Below are positions 1-13,530 of a stretch of 64,000 bases of DNA, one piece after another (within the stretch, counting starts at the first letter, position 1; each line of letters begins with the position of its first letter). Made by a program: the position numbers and the translations under genes. The stretch lies in assembly GCF_009914755.1 (NCBI RefSeq), contig NC_060928.1; one strand, written 5' to 3'. The DNA comes from the human T2T-CHM13v2.0 reference genome, Homo sapiens. The notes under the pieces were generated by a model, which was given only the letters and a program-made list of their open reading frames with translations, was not told where the DNA came from and made no database searches.

Positions 1-3000
1 AAACAGTGTGTTTTTTGTAATCTATCTACTCTGTCATGAATGAATGATAGAGTATATATTTATTTATACATATTGTCAGTTATATATTTAGATAATTATG
101 TTGAACACAACTTTATTCAAGAGGCCTTACAGATTCTCCTGTTTTTTCCCACTAGTCAGTGTGTTTACAAAGAATAAATTTAAGAAAATTTAATAAGAGA
201 TAGCCAGATATAAGAACTATAGTTTGGCAATCAAAATCCACTATAGCTGAAAGTTTTATGGATTTTATAAATTATTATACCATGTTACACATGGAAGGAT
301 ATTTATCAATTATTATAAACCATGCTGTAAACTATATCTATGTTATATACTAATGGGCTGGATTGTTGTGGGTTTTTTTGTTGTTAGTAGCTTTTTTTAT
401 TAAGCTCTTTATTTTGAAATAATTACAGATTCACAAGAAGTTGTGAAGGTTGTTACATTTCTGTGTTCCTAATGTCTCCTGTACAAAATCTGTAATATAT
501 GAGACAAAAAGAAAACCCAGGGATTCCTCAATGTTTCAGGACTCAAGGTCTCCTCTGCTTTCTTTCCTCCATCTTCTATAGTTTTCTTATTTTTGTTTTG
601 TATACAATAGTCAAGTTCCTTAGCTATACTTAAAATAATAAGGAAAATACTTTTCTTTATTCTCACAAGCAAAGTCATTAGGGGAAACTCCAGTAAATTA
701 TGTAAGAAGTATGTGGGAGTTGTATTTAGACATCATTGAAGAAAAGAATGATATAGTTCAAAATATTATCTGAGTTATGTTGATGTTCTTTTTGCTACTT
801 TTTAAGTAAAGCTTTCAAAATAATCTCTATGGCTATCTGTATTCTAAAAGCTTTCTCTGTTCCTATTCATTCAATCAGTTCTATAGAGAATTATTGAGAG
901 CATAAATTTATTAAAGGAACCTTATGGATTTTCCTACTTTTGCTGCGATTTATTGTTTAGTATGTTTGTAGGAAATAAATGTAAGAAAATTTGATAAAAT
1001 CCAGAAAAAAATAGCTACAGTACCACATTCAAGTCCCATTGTAGCTCAAGTTTTTATAAATTTTTAAAAACGCCGCAGCACATTCATCATGGAAAGATGT
1101 TGCTCAGTTACTATAAACCATGATGTGAGCTATACACATAATACATAATGGTAATTTTATATTATTATAATGGCTCATAGTCACAAGTACCAAGGGGGGG
1201 TCTCAAAAAATTTCAAGAAGTTCTCCAAGGTCCTACAGTGACTCTCTCAGAGAAAACAATCAAAATCTCTTCTTTATAGAGCAACTCAGAGTATCCAATT
1301 CTAAGTATTTTAGACATTAAGCAAACTATAATAGTCTTTTGTTTCAAGAAATATCTTTATCTAGTGTCTTTTTCCCTGGAGAAAATTATTCACCTGTACC
1401 ATAGGAATTCATTGCCTATAAAAGCATTGTTTTAGTTTCAAATGGAAAAACCCCAGAAAATAAATATCTAGATAATAGCGTTTTTACACCTCTATTCAGA
1501 AGGGTTTGCTTTATTTTCTGTTTGTTTTATCATACATATGCTTGTAGTATTCTATGAGCCAGACTGCCTTAGGCCAGATCATAGTATTAAGAAATAGAAT
1601 ATAGAACTAAGTAACATTGTCAAGGCAAGAATGACAATGATTTTACTGGTAATAGGGGAGACCTTTGACTATAATTTAGTCCCATCCTTAGGCTAATAAA
1701 AAAATCCTGTTTTTGTAGTCTCTAACATAATGTATTTATTATTCTGTAAGGGCTTCTTTGACCACCAGACTTGGAATGTGCCTTCAGGAGAAATAAGACA
1801 GGCAGTGAAGCTGTTCCTGCAGGTGAATGTTGACCTCTCTTACTGTTTTTTTACTTGTTTAGTAGTAAATCTAAATGCAAGAACTTCAACCAAGCATGCA
1901 TTGTCATCCTAAAGGGTCTTATAACCTGGACAAAATCACCTTCACCTAGCAAAATGGGTCATCACGTGCTACTTTAAAGCTACTTTGCAACTTCTTCAAT
2001 CAGCTGGGCTTTGTGCTTCCTAGTATGCTTCCATGACATGACTATAACCAAAGCAAGCATATTAATAGCATTATCTGCCTCGGAAATGCACTCCAATACA
2101 GCATTGCAGCATCAGAGCATTTTCTGCTCCTCCCTTTTCGAAATAATAATAATTTAAAACCCTTAATGCATACTCTCTATTTTCTGTGTCTATGAAAATT
2201 AATTGGGGCTGAAGTATAATGTATTATTTACATTGCTCCTAGAATTTAAGCCCTTTGGTCCTTCAGAGTATTGCAATTTATAAAATTATCTTCTCCCAAT
2301 ATCCTGTGACAAATAGGTCACCACAATCCTTCTCCTAAATTTATTAATGTGAAAAATGAAACAAGACAGTAAGAAGACCTGAGACTTATGAGAACAATAC
2401 TGGGAGGGGAATGTACAAGTCTTGTACTCTAAAGTTTGCAGTCTACCAGGCCTTGAGTTGAATATTGGTTTTGTATGAGCAGCTTAAAGGCTGTGAAATT
2501 TACATGGAAAATAAGCACATGTAAGAACAATAATTAATGACAGTGACTTAAAAAAAAAACACAGCAAGTGCTCAAGATATACTGGAAACTTTGTACATGA
2601 GCAAGACAGCGCAAAACTAAATCAAGGACGTATGATAAACTACTTGTTGAAAATAAGCTCTAGATTTAGCTTTTGTTTCTCCTGGCAGCCAGGGAAATAC
2701 CGATTTTATTATTAGAAAAATGAAAACACAGAAGTGTATTTTGAGAGCAAAAACATTATTTGCACTACAGTCTGGGAAGTACCTACCTGGTACTCCCCAA
2801 TATAAGGTTATTCTAGTAGGGCACAGTGTTTTCAGATATATCTTTGTAAAGTTATACAATCAATCTTCAAAAGACCATGTCTTATAAAAATCATAAGCCT
2901 TGGTAGATAAAGCCTGGGAAGCGAAACTAAATGACAACACATGAGAGCCTTCCTATAAGCAACTAAAATAATAGCATCCATAATATTATCCAGGTCGCCA

Positions 3001-3073
3001 TGGACTGAACTGTTTACTATCACCCTACCCCCACCTCCCCCCGACTCCCCGGAAAAATACACGTATTAAACTG

Positions 3074-3364
3074 CAGGAGTCCCCAGCCCTAGGACCGCGA
3101 ACTGGTACCCGTCCATGGCCTGCTAGAAACTGGACCACACAGCAGGAAGTGAGCGGCAGGCAAGCGAGCATTACTGCCCAAACTCTGCCTCTTGTCAGAG
3201 CAGCTGCGGCATTAGATTCTGGTAGGAGGGCGAACCTTATTGTAAATTGCACATGAGAGGCGTCTAGGTTGCCCGCTCCTTGTGAGAGTTTAACTAATGC
3301 CTGATGATCTCAGGCGGATCAGTTTCATCCCAAATTATTACGGTTCAAACGTTGGGGACTGCTG
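3074..3364 (+). mobile_element. MER1B (hAT-Charlie non-autonomous DNA transposon) with an internal deletion near the 3' end
   Basis: Termini caggagtccccagcc ... gttggggactgctg form degenerate TIRs. The body matches the remembered MER1B consensus (gcggcattagattct, ctaatgcctgatgatct). Confidence 0.85.
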
Positions 3365-3371
3365 AATTAAA

Positions 3372-3708
3372 GCCTTATCCCCCAATGTGATATTTGGAGA
3401 TAGGGCCTTTGGAAGATAATTAAGCTTAGATTAATTTATAAGGGTGGCGCTCTCACGATAGGAGAGCCTTTATAAATAAAGGTAGAGAGCAAGGGAGCTC
3501 TCGCTTTCTGCGTGTGCATGAAGAGATCATGTGAGCACACAGTGAGGTGATGGCCACCTATAAGCCAAGAAAACCTCAGAATTACATTTACCTTGACAGC
3601 ACCTTGACCTTGGACTTCCAGCTTCCAGAATTGTGAGAAATAAATTTCTGTTGTTTAAGCCACCCAGTCTATGGTATTTTGTTATGGCAACCGGAGCAGA
3701 TTTATACA
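3372..3708 (+). mobile_element. MaLR solo LTR, MLT1A-like, 5' end missing
   Basis: Typical MLT1 3' half: accttggacttccagcttccagaattgtgagaaataaatttctgttgtttaagccacccagtctatggtattttgttatggca. Confidence 0.8.
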
Positions 3709-4469
3709 TAGGTATTTCCTTTTATCTTGCTCTAACATAATACGGTTGATATGTTTGGGAAAACTACTCTCTAAAGAGAACAACATAGTTAGCCTGTTCC
3801 TTAGACTGTATGTTTTAGTTACCAGATGTTTGCACAGAGATTGTTGGCAAGGGCTGGATTCCATATAATTCAAGTTTCAATTTTCTGTTTTTATAAAATC
3901 AATCCTGTGAAATGGTTAAAAGAAATACACCTTATATTTTTATAGCTGTTTAAGTTTTCCAACTTTTTTAAAAAAATATCTTCTCATCTTATCCCAACAA
4001 AACCCTGGGTTACAGACATATTTTTTTTCCATTTTACAGATAAGAAAACTGAGGGCTTTAGAGAAAAGTGAATTGCTTGAGATCAGTTTATTTATTCAAT
4101 TGACATTAAATATGTATTTAATGCCTTCTTTTGTTTTCATTCCAGGCACTGCGCTTGCAGGGGGAATATGTTGATAAGTGATGCAAAGCCAGATGAGGTC
4201 TCTAGACTCTCCATAAAATCTCTCTTTCTTCAACCAGGTTATCTTACTTCTATCTGCAAGGCCCAGCACAACCATCATCTGTCAGGCAAGCCCAAACTTC
4301 TACAGAGATATCTCAGATACAATATCAAGTAACATTTACTGAAAGTTTGTCTATATTTTTTATTCAAGATCAGGAAAATGTCAATCTTTTCTATTGGTAA
4401 GGAACAATCCTGTTTTTCACTTTATTTCCTCACATAAGTGTGAATGTGTACAGCAAAATTTCTAGAGGT

Positions 4470-4680
4470 AGAGTAATATTCAAGTCTGCGGTCAGCCACT
4501 TGCCAAGTTTGCAAAGTATGGATATATTATTTTATATACCCAAGACTCAAATGTTCTCAACTGTAAAAAGTATATATTAGTAATTTCTATCTAATGGATT
4601 TTTGTGAGCATCATGTTATTTTCAAACACTTAAAACACCTGACATACAATAAATGCTCACTAAAACTAAATACTTATTAA
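4470..4680 (+). mobile_element. MIR SINE fragment
   Basis: Degenerate core ttctcaactgtaaaa, then cctgacatacaataaatgctcactaaa (MIR 3' end). Confidence 0.55.
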
Positions 4681-5131
4681 TAAGTGCCTCTCAGTATTAC
4701 AGCGGCACATGTGAATCTCAGCTCACATTATAAGTTAGTATTCTCTAACTTAGCTTAATTGCCTACTCCAAATCCATTCTGCTTAGATTGATAAACACAT
4801 AACCTAAGTTATCACCTTTACATCACAGTTATGCTAGAGGCCTGAAACCACCTATGGTGGCAAGCTCTTGATAAGACAGGAGGTTGGGGACATAAGATCC
4901 TTTGTCATTGGCCAGCTCTGTTAACCGCTATTATTTTTCGCGCTACCCTATGGCAGGGAAACTGGCCATGCCGCCTCGAATTCTCTCTGCTGAGATGTTT
5001 TCTGTCACCATCGCTTTCTTGGGCCTTGCTACATCTCTATTCTAGGACCCATATATTTTTATGCACTTTGTCTTCCATTTTTTTACTGTTCAAAGTAGTC
5101 TCTTTCAAGAAAAGAAAAATATTCTTTATCC

Positions 5132-5546
5132 CTTGTTTTGGTCTGTTTTCTGTTACTTATAAAAGAACACCTGCAACTGGGTAATTTATAAAGAAAAAGA
5201 ATTACTTTATTATGGGGAGCCTGAAAATTTCAAAGTTGAAGAGCTGCATCTAGCAAGGGCCTTCTTGCTAGTGGGGACCATGCAGCGTCCCAAGTGCTAC
5301 AGGGTATCACATGGTGAGAGGGTTGAGTGTGCTTACATGCTAACACACTCAAGTCTTTCTTACTCTTTTTACAAAGCCACTAGCCACACTCTCAAGATAA
5401 CCTATTAATCCATTAATGCATTAATCAATAAATTAATCCATTCATAAGGGGAGAGCCCTCATGACCCAATCATCTCTCACTACTGCCACATTAGGGATTA
5501 AATTTCAACTTGAGTTTTAGAGGGGACAGACACTGAAAACAAAGCA
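5132..5546 (-). mobile_element. MaLR solo LTR, MSTB-like
   Basis: ctgggtaatttataaagaaaa ... gccctcatgacccaatcatctc ... gggattaaatttcaac matches the reverse MST LTR. Confidence 0.8.
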
Positions 5547-6130
5547 TCTCTCATCACATTAGTTTTAAATCATCTTCCCACTTTAGTGTTTAATTTTTTA
5601 GAAGAAAAAGATCCACAAAATATGTTATATGTTTCTCTTCCCTGAGCCATCTTCCAAATAAATGAAAGAGGGAAAGATATTATCTAATGGCCCCAAATAC
5701 TATTTCCACTCAAAATTCTGGTTCTTCAATTCTGGGACCTTGTGTCTGAGAGTACCGCCATCTGTGGGTAGGTTTCCTTGGTGCCTCTGCATGCTTCACC
5801 TCAGTGTAGAAGTAACATTGATTCCCAACCATCTGCCATGTCCCTCTGCCTGCCTTACAGGAACATTCCATTCCTCTCATCTCTGAAATGTCTGGCTCCA
5901 GCCAAAATCTTATGTATGATTTTTGAGACTTAACCATAAACAATTACAAAGACTTTCTCCTGCAGGCCTCACAGAGGAACACTGTCCTCCCCACAGCAGA
6001 CTTGGAGCACAGAGAGTAAACTGCAGTCTCTGAAAGGAGTTGCAGTCAAGGACACAGGCCCTCCTGGCTGGCCAAGCTGTTAACACCCAACTGCTTCCCT
6101 ATCTCAGGTGCCTCCATTTAGAGGCCTCTT

Positions 6131-6421
6131 TTATTTATTTATTTATTTATTTATTTATTGTCACCCAGGCTTGAGTGCAATGGCAATCTTGGTTCACTGC
6201 AATCTCCACCTCCCAGGTTCAAACAATTCTCCTGCCTCAGCCTCCCAAGTAGCTGGGATTATAGGCGCCTGCCACCGCACCTGGCTAATTTTGTATTTTT
6301 AGTAGAGATGGGGTTTCCCCATGTTGGCCAGGGCAGTCTCGAACTCCTGACCTCAAGTGATCCACCCACCTTGGCCTCCCAAAGTGCTGAGATTACAGGC
6401 ATGAGCCATCGTGCACAGCCC
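6131..6421 (-). mobile_element. AluS (Sx/Sz-like) with (TTTA)n tail, lacking ~18 nt next to the tail
   Basis: Dimeric Alu. TSD agaggcctcttt(t)at at 6120-6134 and 6422-6435. Confidence 0.95.
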
Positions 6422-7269
6422 AGAGGCCTCTTTATAGGCCTCTTTATAGGAGCTGAGGCCTCCCCCAGTTGCCTCTGCTGCTAAGACCTACTTTTGGGGA
6501 TTGGGGTGAATCTTGAGGTCACTTTCCCCATTCTCAGTACTCAGCACTTTTCCACCATGAGCTCTTCCTTTCCTCCTTTTTGTCAACCCACTGGTCCATG
6601 AAATGGCAGAGCCTTTGGTTCAAGGCTTCTTTGGGAGTGAGACAATTCCCACATGGGTGCTGATCCACTGGCCTGGAGCCATTACATGGTGGGAGGGTGC
6701 GGGGTGGGGCGGGAATGAAACGATGGAGAGCTGGCACTTGTTCCCATTTTATGTCTTGCTTAGACTATCACAGTGCTTAAAGGTGTGACTGCTGCTTTCA
6801 TTTTAGCTGGTTGCCTTTATCGGCTCTCTCCAGCTGAGCCCAGCTCTTGACAACATCCAATGCTTAAAACAGATCTAGACTTCAGTCTATTCTGTACTCC
6901 TTAGAACTCTCTTCCTACTACCTCATACACATTCCTTACACCTGATACTGTTTCTATGGCCTCTTCTCCATCCTCTGTATACGAATTTGAATTCACATAC
7001 CCAAATAGTTGGCCCTGCTCCTCTACAGCTAACAGGGACCACACTAGTGCTGCCATGAGACTATAATATGTGATAAATATTTTTCTCCCAACTACACCAT
7101 TTTTCATTTATTAAAAAAATACATATGCCTTAGATACTGTAAAATTCCATTTATGTTTTGGAAACATAAGAACCAAATTATATGGGCCTAGGTAGTAACA
7201 GCTTCAATTTTTTTCTCCAAGGAATTTCTCTTGCAGTGGTTGTGATGAAATTTGTATTTGCTTTAGAAT

Positions 7270-7460
7270 CAAAGAAACATGGGTTCTTAGCTCAGCTCCT
7301 CCACTTCCAGCTTTAAGTACCCTGATTCTCAATTTTCTTAAATGTAAAAATGGTTATTAATACTCCCCACAGGGTTGTTAGTAAGTAAAATCAGATGGCA
7401 TATGTAATGTGCTTAGGGATGCACTCACCCAAAGGTATCCACTCAACAAATGTTAATAAC
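7270..7460 (+). mobile_element. MIR SINE
   Basis: ctcaattttcttaaatgtaaaaatgg ... cacagggttgttag ... ctcaacaaatgtta. Confidence 0.6.
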
Positions 7461-8429
7461 ATTTTGTTCCCTTAAATTGAGAGTAAATAAATATGCATGA
7501 GAGATTATTAACATATTTTAATAAAGAAAGGTGGAGAGGTTTCATTAATTTATTATCTTATTCATAAAATAACCTATTGTCTATTGATTTTCAATGACAC
7601 TCTATCCTAAGATGCTCATCAAGTTCAATTAATCATAAATACATTCTCAAATGGCATTTTAAATTGATGTTCTAGGTAGATTATCAGTAATATTTATTTA
7701 GTTGTTGAAGAATAACTGTTCAAAAAACTTTCTTTAGTAGAGTAGTTACAAAAATGTTCTCTCTGATACTAATTGGATGACAGCTACAGCCACATTTTAA
7801 GCCAAATTCAGTTCTTAATAATAAAGCATGTCACTACTGTACAGTGGGATTCATACCTTTCTACGTACAATGATATAGATAAATCATTTTGGTTCCTTTG
7901 GTACCAAAGTTTATCAGAACTTGCATAGGTAAGCAAAAAGAGAGCATAAGGAATTACCCAGTTATATACCTTGCTAAATTAAAACCGAAAGTCTCAAAGA
8001 CATTTTTTCCACTCTGAAACTTGATACTATTTGGGTACTGCATTTGAAAAATAATACAGCGTTAGCAAGATGGTAGAGCTTAACCAAAAGATATTCCCCA
8101 TGTATGGAACTGATGAAATGTTAATGACTGTTTTCGATAATCTTATCAGCTCTCTCATTGAAATGAGGCAGAGTATAGCAGTCATTCTTAGTAGAATTCC
8201 ACCTAAAATTTGCTTGTAACCAACAAAAATTTAATAAAATTTTAATTAAAAATAACTTGCTAAGCAAAATAATATCTGAATGGCTATACATTAAAATGGT
8301 TCTAGAATTTAATGTAATTAGAAATTAGCTTTTAGTTCTCAAACCCACACTAGGTCTCCAGCTCCACGGAGAGAATGGGCTTTCTAATTACTGATCTCTG
8401 GATTATACCTCCTTCTCACTTTTATTCTT

Positions 8430-8595
8430 CCAGCAATAGATACAGCAGAGGCTTCCTGTAATTTGAAGTCTAATTAAAGCCACTTTCTCCCTTTCGTTTC
8501 TCAAACTCCTCCAACATTTTTATAACTAACTCCTTGTAATATATTATCTGTTTGAATATCTACTGTAGTTTCTGTTTCTTGCCTGGATGAGGGCA
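8430..8595 (+). mobile_element. Old ERVL-type LTR 3' fragment (LTR33-like)
   Basis: ctgtttgaatatctactgtagtttctgtttcttgcctgga resembles the LTR33-type 3' end. Confidence 0.35.
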
Positions 8596-9059
8596 AATAT
8601 ATTTTAGTAAACAATAGGTGATATTTGCCATGACTTGGTCTGTATCTACCATTCAGATTACATCTAAGAAGTGAGGAATAATGTTTGTTGAAATTAAATT
8701 AAATTAATTTAATCTTGTTAGTTGACAAAGTAATTCTCCAAACATTGTTTTATTTGATTTTTACAGTGATTAAAATGTAAGAACATAAAAATATGTTTGA
8801 ATATGCAAATATATATGTAGAGGACTTGAGATTAATTGATCTGTTTGTAATCATACAGCTAATTTACTTATGGAATAACTAAGATATCAGGAATATCTTT
8901 AGCTGAAATGAATTTGAGTATTCTAAGCATAAAATAGTTATTAAAATAATATTGGGTAACTCATAGAATTATTGTAAAACTCTGGTACCAGGCTTGGAAG
9001 ATAAGCAGTGGCAAAGGGAAGCTGGACAGAAAATTGGATAAACACTTACATACCAAAGC

Positions 9060-9280
9060 CATACTATCTGGGTTTGTATCCCAACTCTGCCACTTAATTA
9101 CTGCCTTGTTTGGAACAATTTGCTTCTCTTTTCTATTCCTTATTACTTCATGTGTGCGATGGGGATAAAAATAGTGCTTACCTCAGATAATTTTTATAAA
9201 GAATACATAAGATTAATCAATGCACAGTGTTTTAGAACAATACTGGGGCTACAGAGAGATCTCAATAAATATTAAATGAA
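9060..9280 (+). mobile_element. MIR SINE, probably nested with old MLT1-like LTR pieces (~8950-9620)
   Basis: ctgggtttgtatcccaactctgccactta ... ggggataaaaatagtgcttacctcaga ... ctcaataaatatt. Confidence 0.65.
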
Positions 9281-12200
9281 TAAATGAAAAATCTTACCAT
9301 TCTGGGGACAACAAACAGACTCTGAACTAGTTTCTACACTTTTCACCACCAGACATTGGATGCTGCTACCGCACAGCTCTGTATGAAACTGGAAACGACA
9401 TGTGACTTTCCCTCCATCACCATGATGAATGCCCACTGTCTCTGCCTACATTACCAAGTCCTAATTGCTGATAACAAGGCATATATTCATGCTTCAACTG
9501 CTATAAATGTCCAAAGGTCTTGCTTAGGTTCTATAATTGTAGGTAGATTCTAGCTAACCAAGGTCCACAGAGTAGATAATTACTCAAACATAAGAAATGG
9601 CTTCGTATGCTAGTCAGGAAAAAAAAGGAAGAGAAAAAGAAATAGACAAATGTTCTCTAAAGCTACTTAATATGAAAGGCTGGGTTTTTTAATCTGAGGA
9701 TAAAAAGAAAAGTAATCCATCATTATTACATAACAATACACATATTGGAGATGGGAATAATACTTTACTCATCTCCTTTGCATTATCGAACAATATAAAT
9801 TTAGTAGCAGTCCATAGTTAAAAATTTCTTTAGAATTCATATGCAGATTCTATTATTTTACATGTCTACAAACTCTGAACAGATTAGACTGTATTTTTCG
9901 TCTTTGTTGTCTCTTTTTGTCTAATTCTACTCCTTTCCCATGTTTCTGGGCTATTTTTTTTTTTTTTTAAAAAAGCTGATAGACATAGTGAGTCAAAATA
10001 GAGAACTTTTTGTAATATGCTAACCAGTAAACTCAGTGAATCAGGTATAATCATTGAGTAACATATTATTCTTGCCTAGAAGATTGTTTCTTTACCTCAA
10101 AGTTTGTAGCCTAGTTGAATTTTATTGCACATAAGCAGGACTTAACACCTCTCTCTTTGTTCATTCTCTTTTTTCATCTCCTCTCCCAATACATGAGATA
10201 GGTAGTATCTTACAATAATAGCACAAGAGCACAAAATGTGACTCCACAAGGGTAAGACTGATATATTTACAAATATACCGGTACATAAATACGCAAATAA
10301 GCACACTAACAACCATCTCTTTTGAAATCTATGCATTACTTTAATGATGATATTGGTGTTTGATCACATCTGGAACTTCTCTTCCAATAATTGCTTCTTA
10401 ATCAGTTTAGAGCCTACAAATACATTTTTTTCTAAATTACATTTTATTATACTAAGGATGTAAAGATATTACTAATAATAATAAAACTTGATTATATTAT
10501 TTATTAGATTTGGTTTTGAATAATTTTTTTCAGTTAAAAATCCAATCCATGCAACAAAAATATTTTTCCACTAAAAAGGATTTTATTTTTTGCTTGGGAA
10601 ATAATTGCTGAGTATATATTTTGTTATGTGACTTTTTAAAATCAGCCTTATTTGACTATACCATATTTTGTGGTGGCATTATTCACAATATATGAAATTA
10701 ATCTATTTGCTTTAGCACACATATCATTTGAAACTAACTTGTTTAAGGTCATAAACATCCTGTCTAATTGATTCTGTTAGTCCTAGTTCCTAGTTGAATC
10801 ACAATACATACTTACTGAAAAGAGAAAATACAATATATGGCAAAAGAGAAAAGAAAGGGAGAGAAAATGAAGTAGAGAAAAATAAATGATATACTCCTAC
10901 CATTACACAGGCAGCTATTTAACCCCAGAACCTTCATTTCTCCTGGCTAGATTTCTCTGAGAGACAACATCTTGAAAACTAATTCCATTTCCTTAAACTC
11001 TTTAAAGGCTTCAATTAAATTGTGTACATACACAGAAGCTGAACCAAAGGTCACCTACCCAAGCAAACAGGGAAAACACATAATTGTAAAACATTCAATA
11101 AATGTGTTTTAAACAAGTGCAGAATACACCAGGTTAACTTCCAAATTATACAGTAGAGAGAGGAGCTAGCCTAGAATGCTGACATATAGTTGTTTTCCCT
11201 CCCTCAACCTGTCTTTCTAATAGAGTCCATGATGTGTCTTAATCATTAAGAAATTCCCATTATTAATTAATTTGCATCTTTAAATTCCAATGAATCATGT
11301 CCATTAGCTTAATCTAAGAAGCATATTAATAAGTATATTGTGATTATCATTGGCTTTGAACTTCTGAAGTCCCCAAAAATAAAAAACCTGTTCAATGATT
11401 CCTTAAATACCTGGTGTCCTATATTGTGTTTTGGGTCACTGAAATATACATACCATTTCATAGTCAAACAAAAACCCATTTCAACAAACATACGAATGAA
11501 AAAATGGGTAAATGGAAAAAATAACAATTTATTTTCACAGCAATTGTTTTCATAATATTTAGAAGAGAAGAGAGCTGTCAGTTTCTCTAACTTTATTTGC
11601 AGTATTTCAAAAGCCAAACCTATTTTATTTACTTTATTTGTGGTGAAGTATTTGTTTTCACAAGGCCATGGCAATAAAGACAAATAATATCTAACTATAG
11701 GGCATCACACTTCAGGCTTACAGTTTTATTATCTCATAAGTATGAAAATGGAAATTGAGCTCATATCTTAGAAAAGTTAGTCAATTTCTAAGGTGCATAA
11801 GGACAAATGATTTTACAAGCAAATATTACATACTTCTCTTGTCCGCCGATTAGAAAAAGAATGAGAGGAATGTCAAGTTTCATTAAGTGGTGAGTGATTA
11901 AACAAAACTTAAAAGAAATATAAAACTTTACAATTTAAAAATAATACCAGAGCTTAAATATGTAAAAAGGAAAGATTATATTGTTAGACATGTTCAATTT
12001 AGAATGTATTTCCTGAAGATGTTTAAGGTCTTCATATTGTTATATACTAAAGAGTGGCAGAGCATACAAGACAATAAACTGAGATGAACACCTTGCTTTC
12101 TCTTATGAAATTAACCTAGAGAAGTTATAGAAACCAGAAAGGAACTTGGATTCCAATAATTAACAAAAGTTAATGTCAACAAAAGCAGCAACAATAGAAA

Positions 12201-12899
12201 TTACAAGCCCTTTGGAGAAACAGAGCATTTTCTTGAAGTGGTGTCTGGATGCAGAAAGAATGAGGGCCAGTGTACCCCTCCAACCCAGGTGTGAGGACAG
12301 TCATGGGTGGCAGGAAGAGACTGCAAACATAGTTTACAATCTCTTCTTGCCTCTCTCCAGCAGAGCCTCAGAAAATCATACTGGGTTCCTTCACCAGAGC
12401 AAACAGCAGCAGTGGGCATACAGACCTAGGAACTGAAGTTCACAAGGGAAGCAGAATGGGATGGACCAGAAAACCATGAGAATTCCTTCCTCCACTGCTC
12501 CTCCTACAAATAACCAGGAAGGTTGGATTACAGAATGGAGACCCTGGCTCCCCGAAAGCTGCATCTTTCTAAGGGTTTATAAGGACAAGTCTACCTAAGA
12601 TGTTCTTTGGCATGTTGTGGTCATAGGGTCCTCTACGCTGGCATTCAGTGTTCACTTTTCCCTAATCCTCATCAGACCAACATAGAGTAATGCTCAGCTT
12701 GAGCCCTTCCCAATACACGATCAAGAGTATAGCTAAAACTTCTTCCTAGGGGAATATGAAGTCACTGGTAAAAGTCACTGGACACAGGAGTTACATACCT
12801 TAAATATAAAATATATTCCTGGAAAAACCGTCATTCAATGCAGAGTTACTGAAACAAATTCACATATAATTCAAAATAATAATAATATATCATTATTAT

Positions 12900-13530
12900 T
12901 TAAAATTATAATGTATCATTTATACTTAGGGGATAAGAGAAGATATGAGAATAATCAAATCAGAAAATTACAGTAATGAAACAGAAAAGAACAAAAATGA
13001 CATGAAACAAACAAAACAATCTATTCTATAAATAGTAAGATGGAATCCGCTGAAGAACAAGTAATCAGATGTATGAAGGAGGCAGGAAGGGCTAGAGGAT
13101 CTACGGAGATAGATGGATAAGCCACTCAGATAATAGGGGTGCCAGAAGATAAAAACATAAAAACACACAGATGAAAGATAAAATATCCCAAATATAAGCA
13201 ATCCATACATTGACAAAGAGAACAAATATGGTGAAATGTGAAAAAACAAAAGTAGAAGAAAATATATAGCCTGCAGACAGAGCAGATCACCTGTAAAAGT
13301 ATAAGAATCAAATAATGTCAGATGTCACTGGTTACACAAAGACAGTATACTATTTCCAAAATATTAAAGGAAAATAATATTGAGCCAATAATTTGATAGC
13401 CAGCTTAATTATAACTTAAATAGATGGCATAATAATAATAACAACAATTCCAGACAAACAAGACCTCAGAAAATACGCTATGCAGGGATCTGAATTGGAA
13501 ATCTTTTTAGAAGGACTCAAATAATAAAAA
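12900..13530 (+). mobile_element. Ancient L1M/HAL1 ORF1-like remnant
   Basis: A-rich sense strand. cagatcacctgtaaaagtataagaatcaaataatgtcagat and attaaaggaaaataatattgagccaataatttgatagccagc resemble the ORF1 C-terminal domain (QITYKG..IRL..D; LKEN..PRI.YPA). Confidence 0.5.

Noticed and set aside
469-678. Minus-strand charged ORF after a pyrimidine tract (SIAKELDYCIQNKNKKTIEDGG...)
   Set aside because: No good donor site and no recognisable homology; consistent with low-complexity purine-rich sequence
6108-6484. Alu-derived ORFs (also 28636-29171, 33740-34150, 50879-51734, 54902-55271)
   Set aside because: Well-known Alu translation artefacts ([17 protein letters not shown] and similar)
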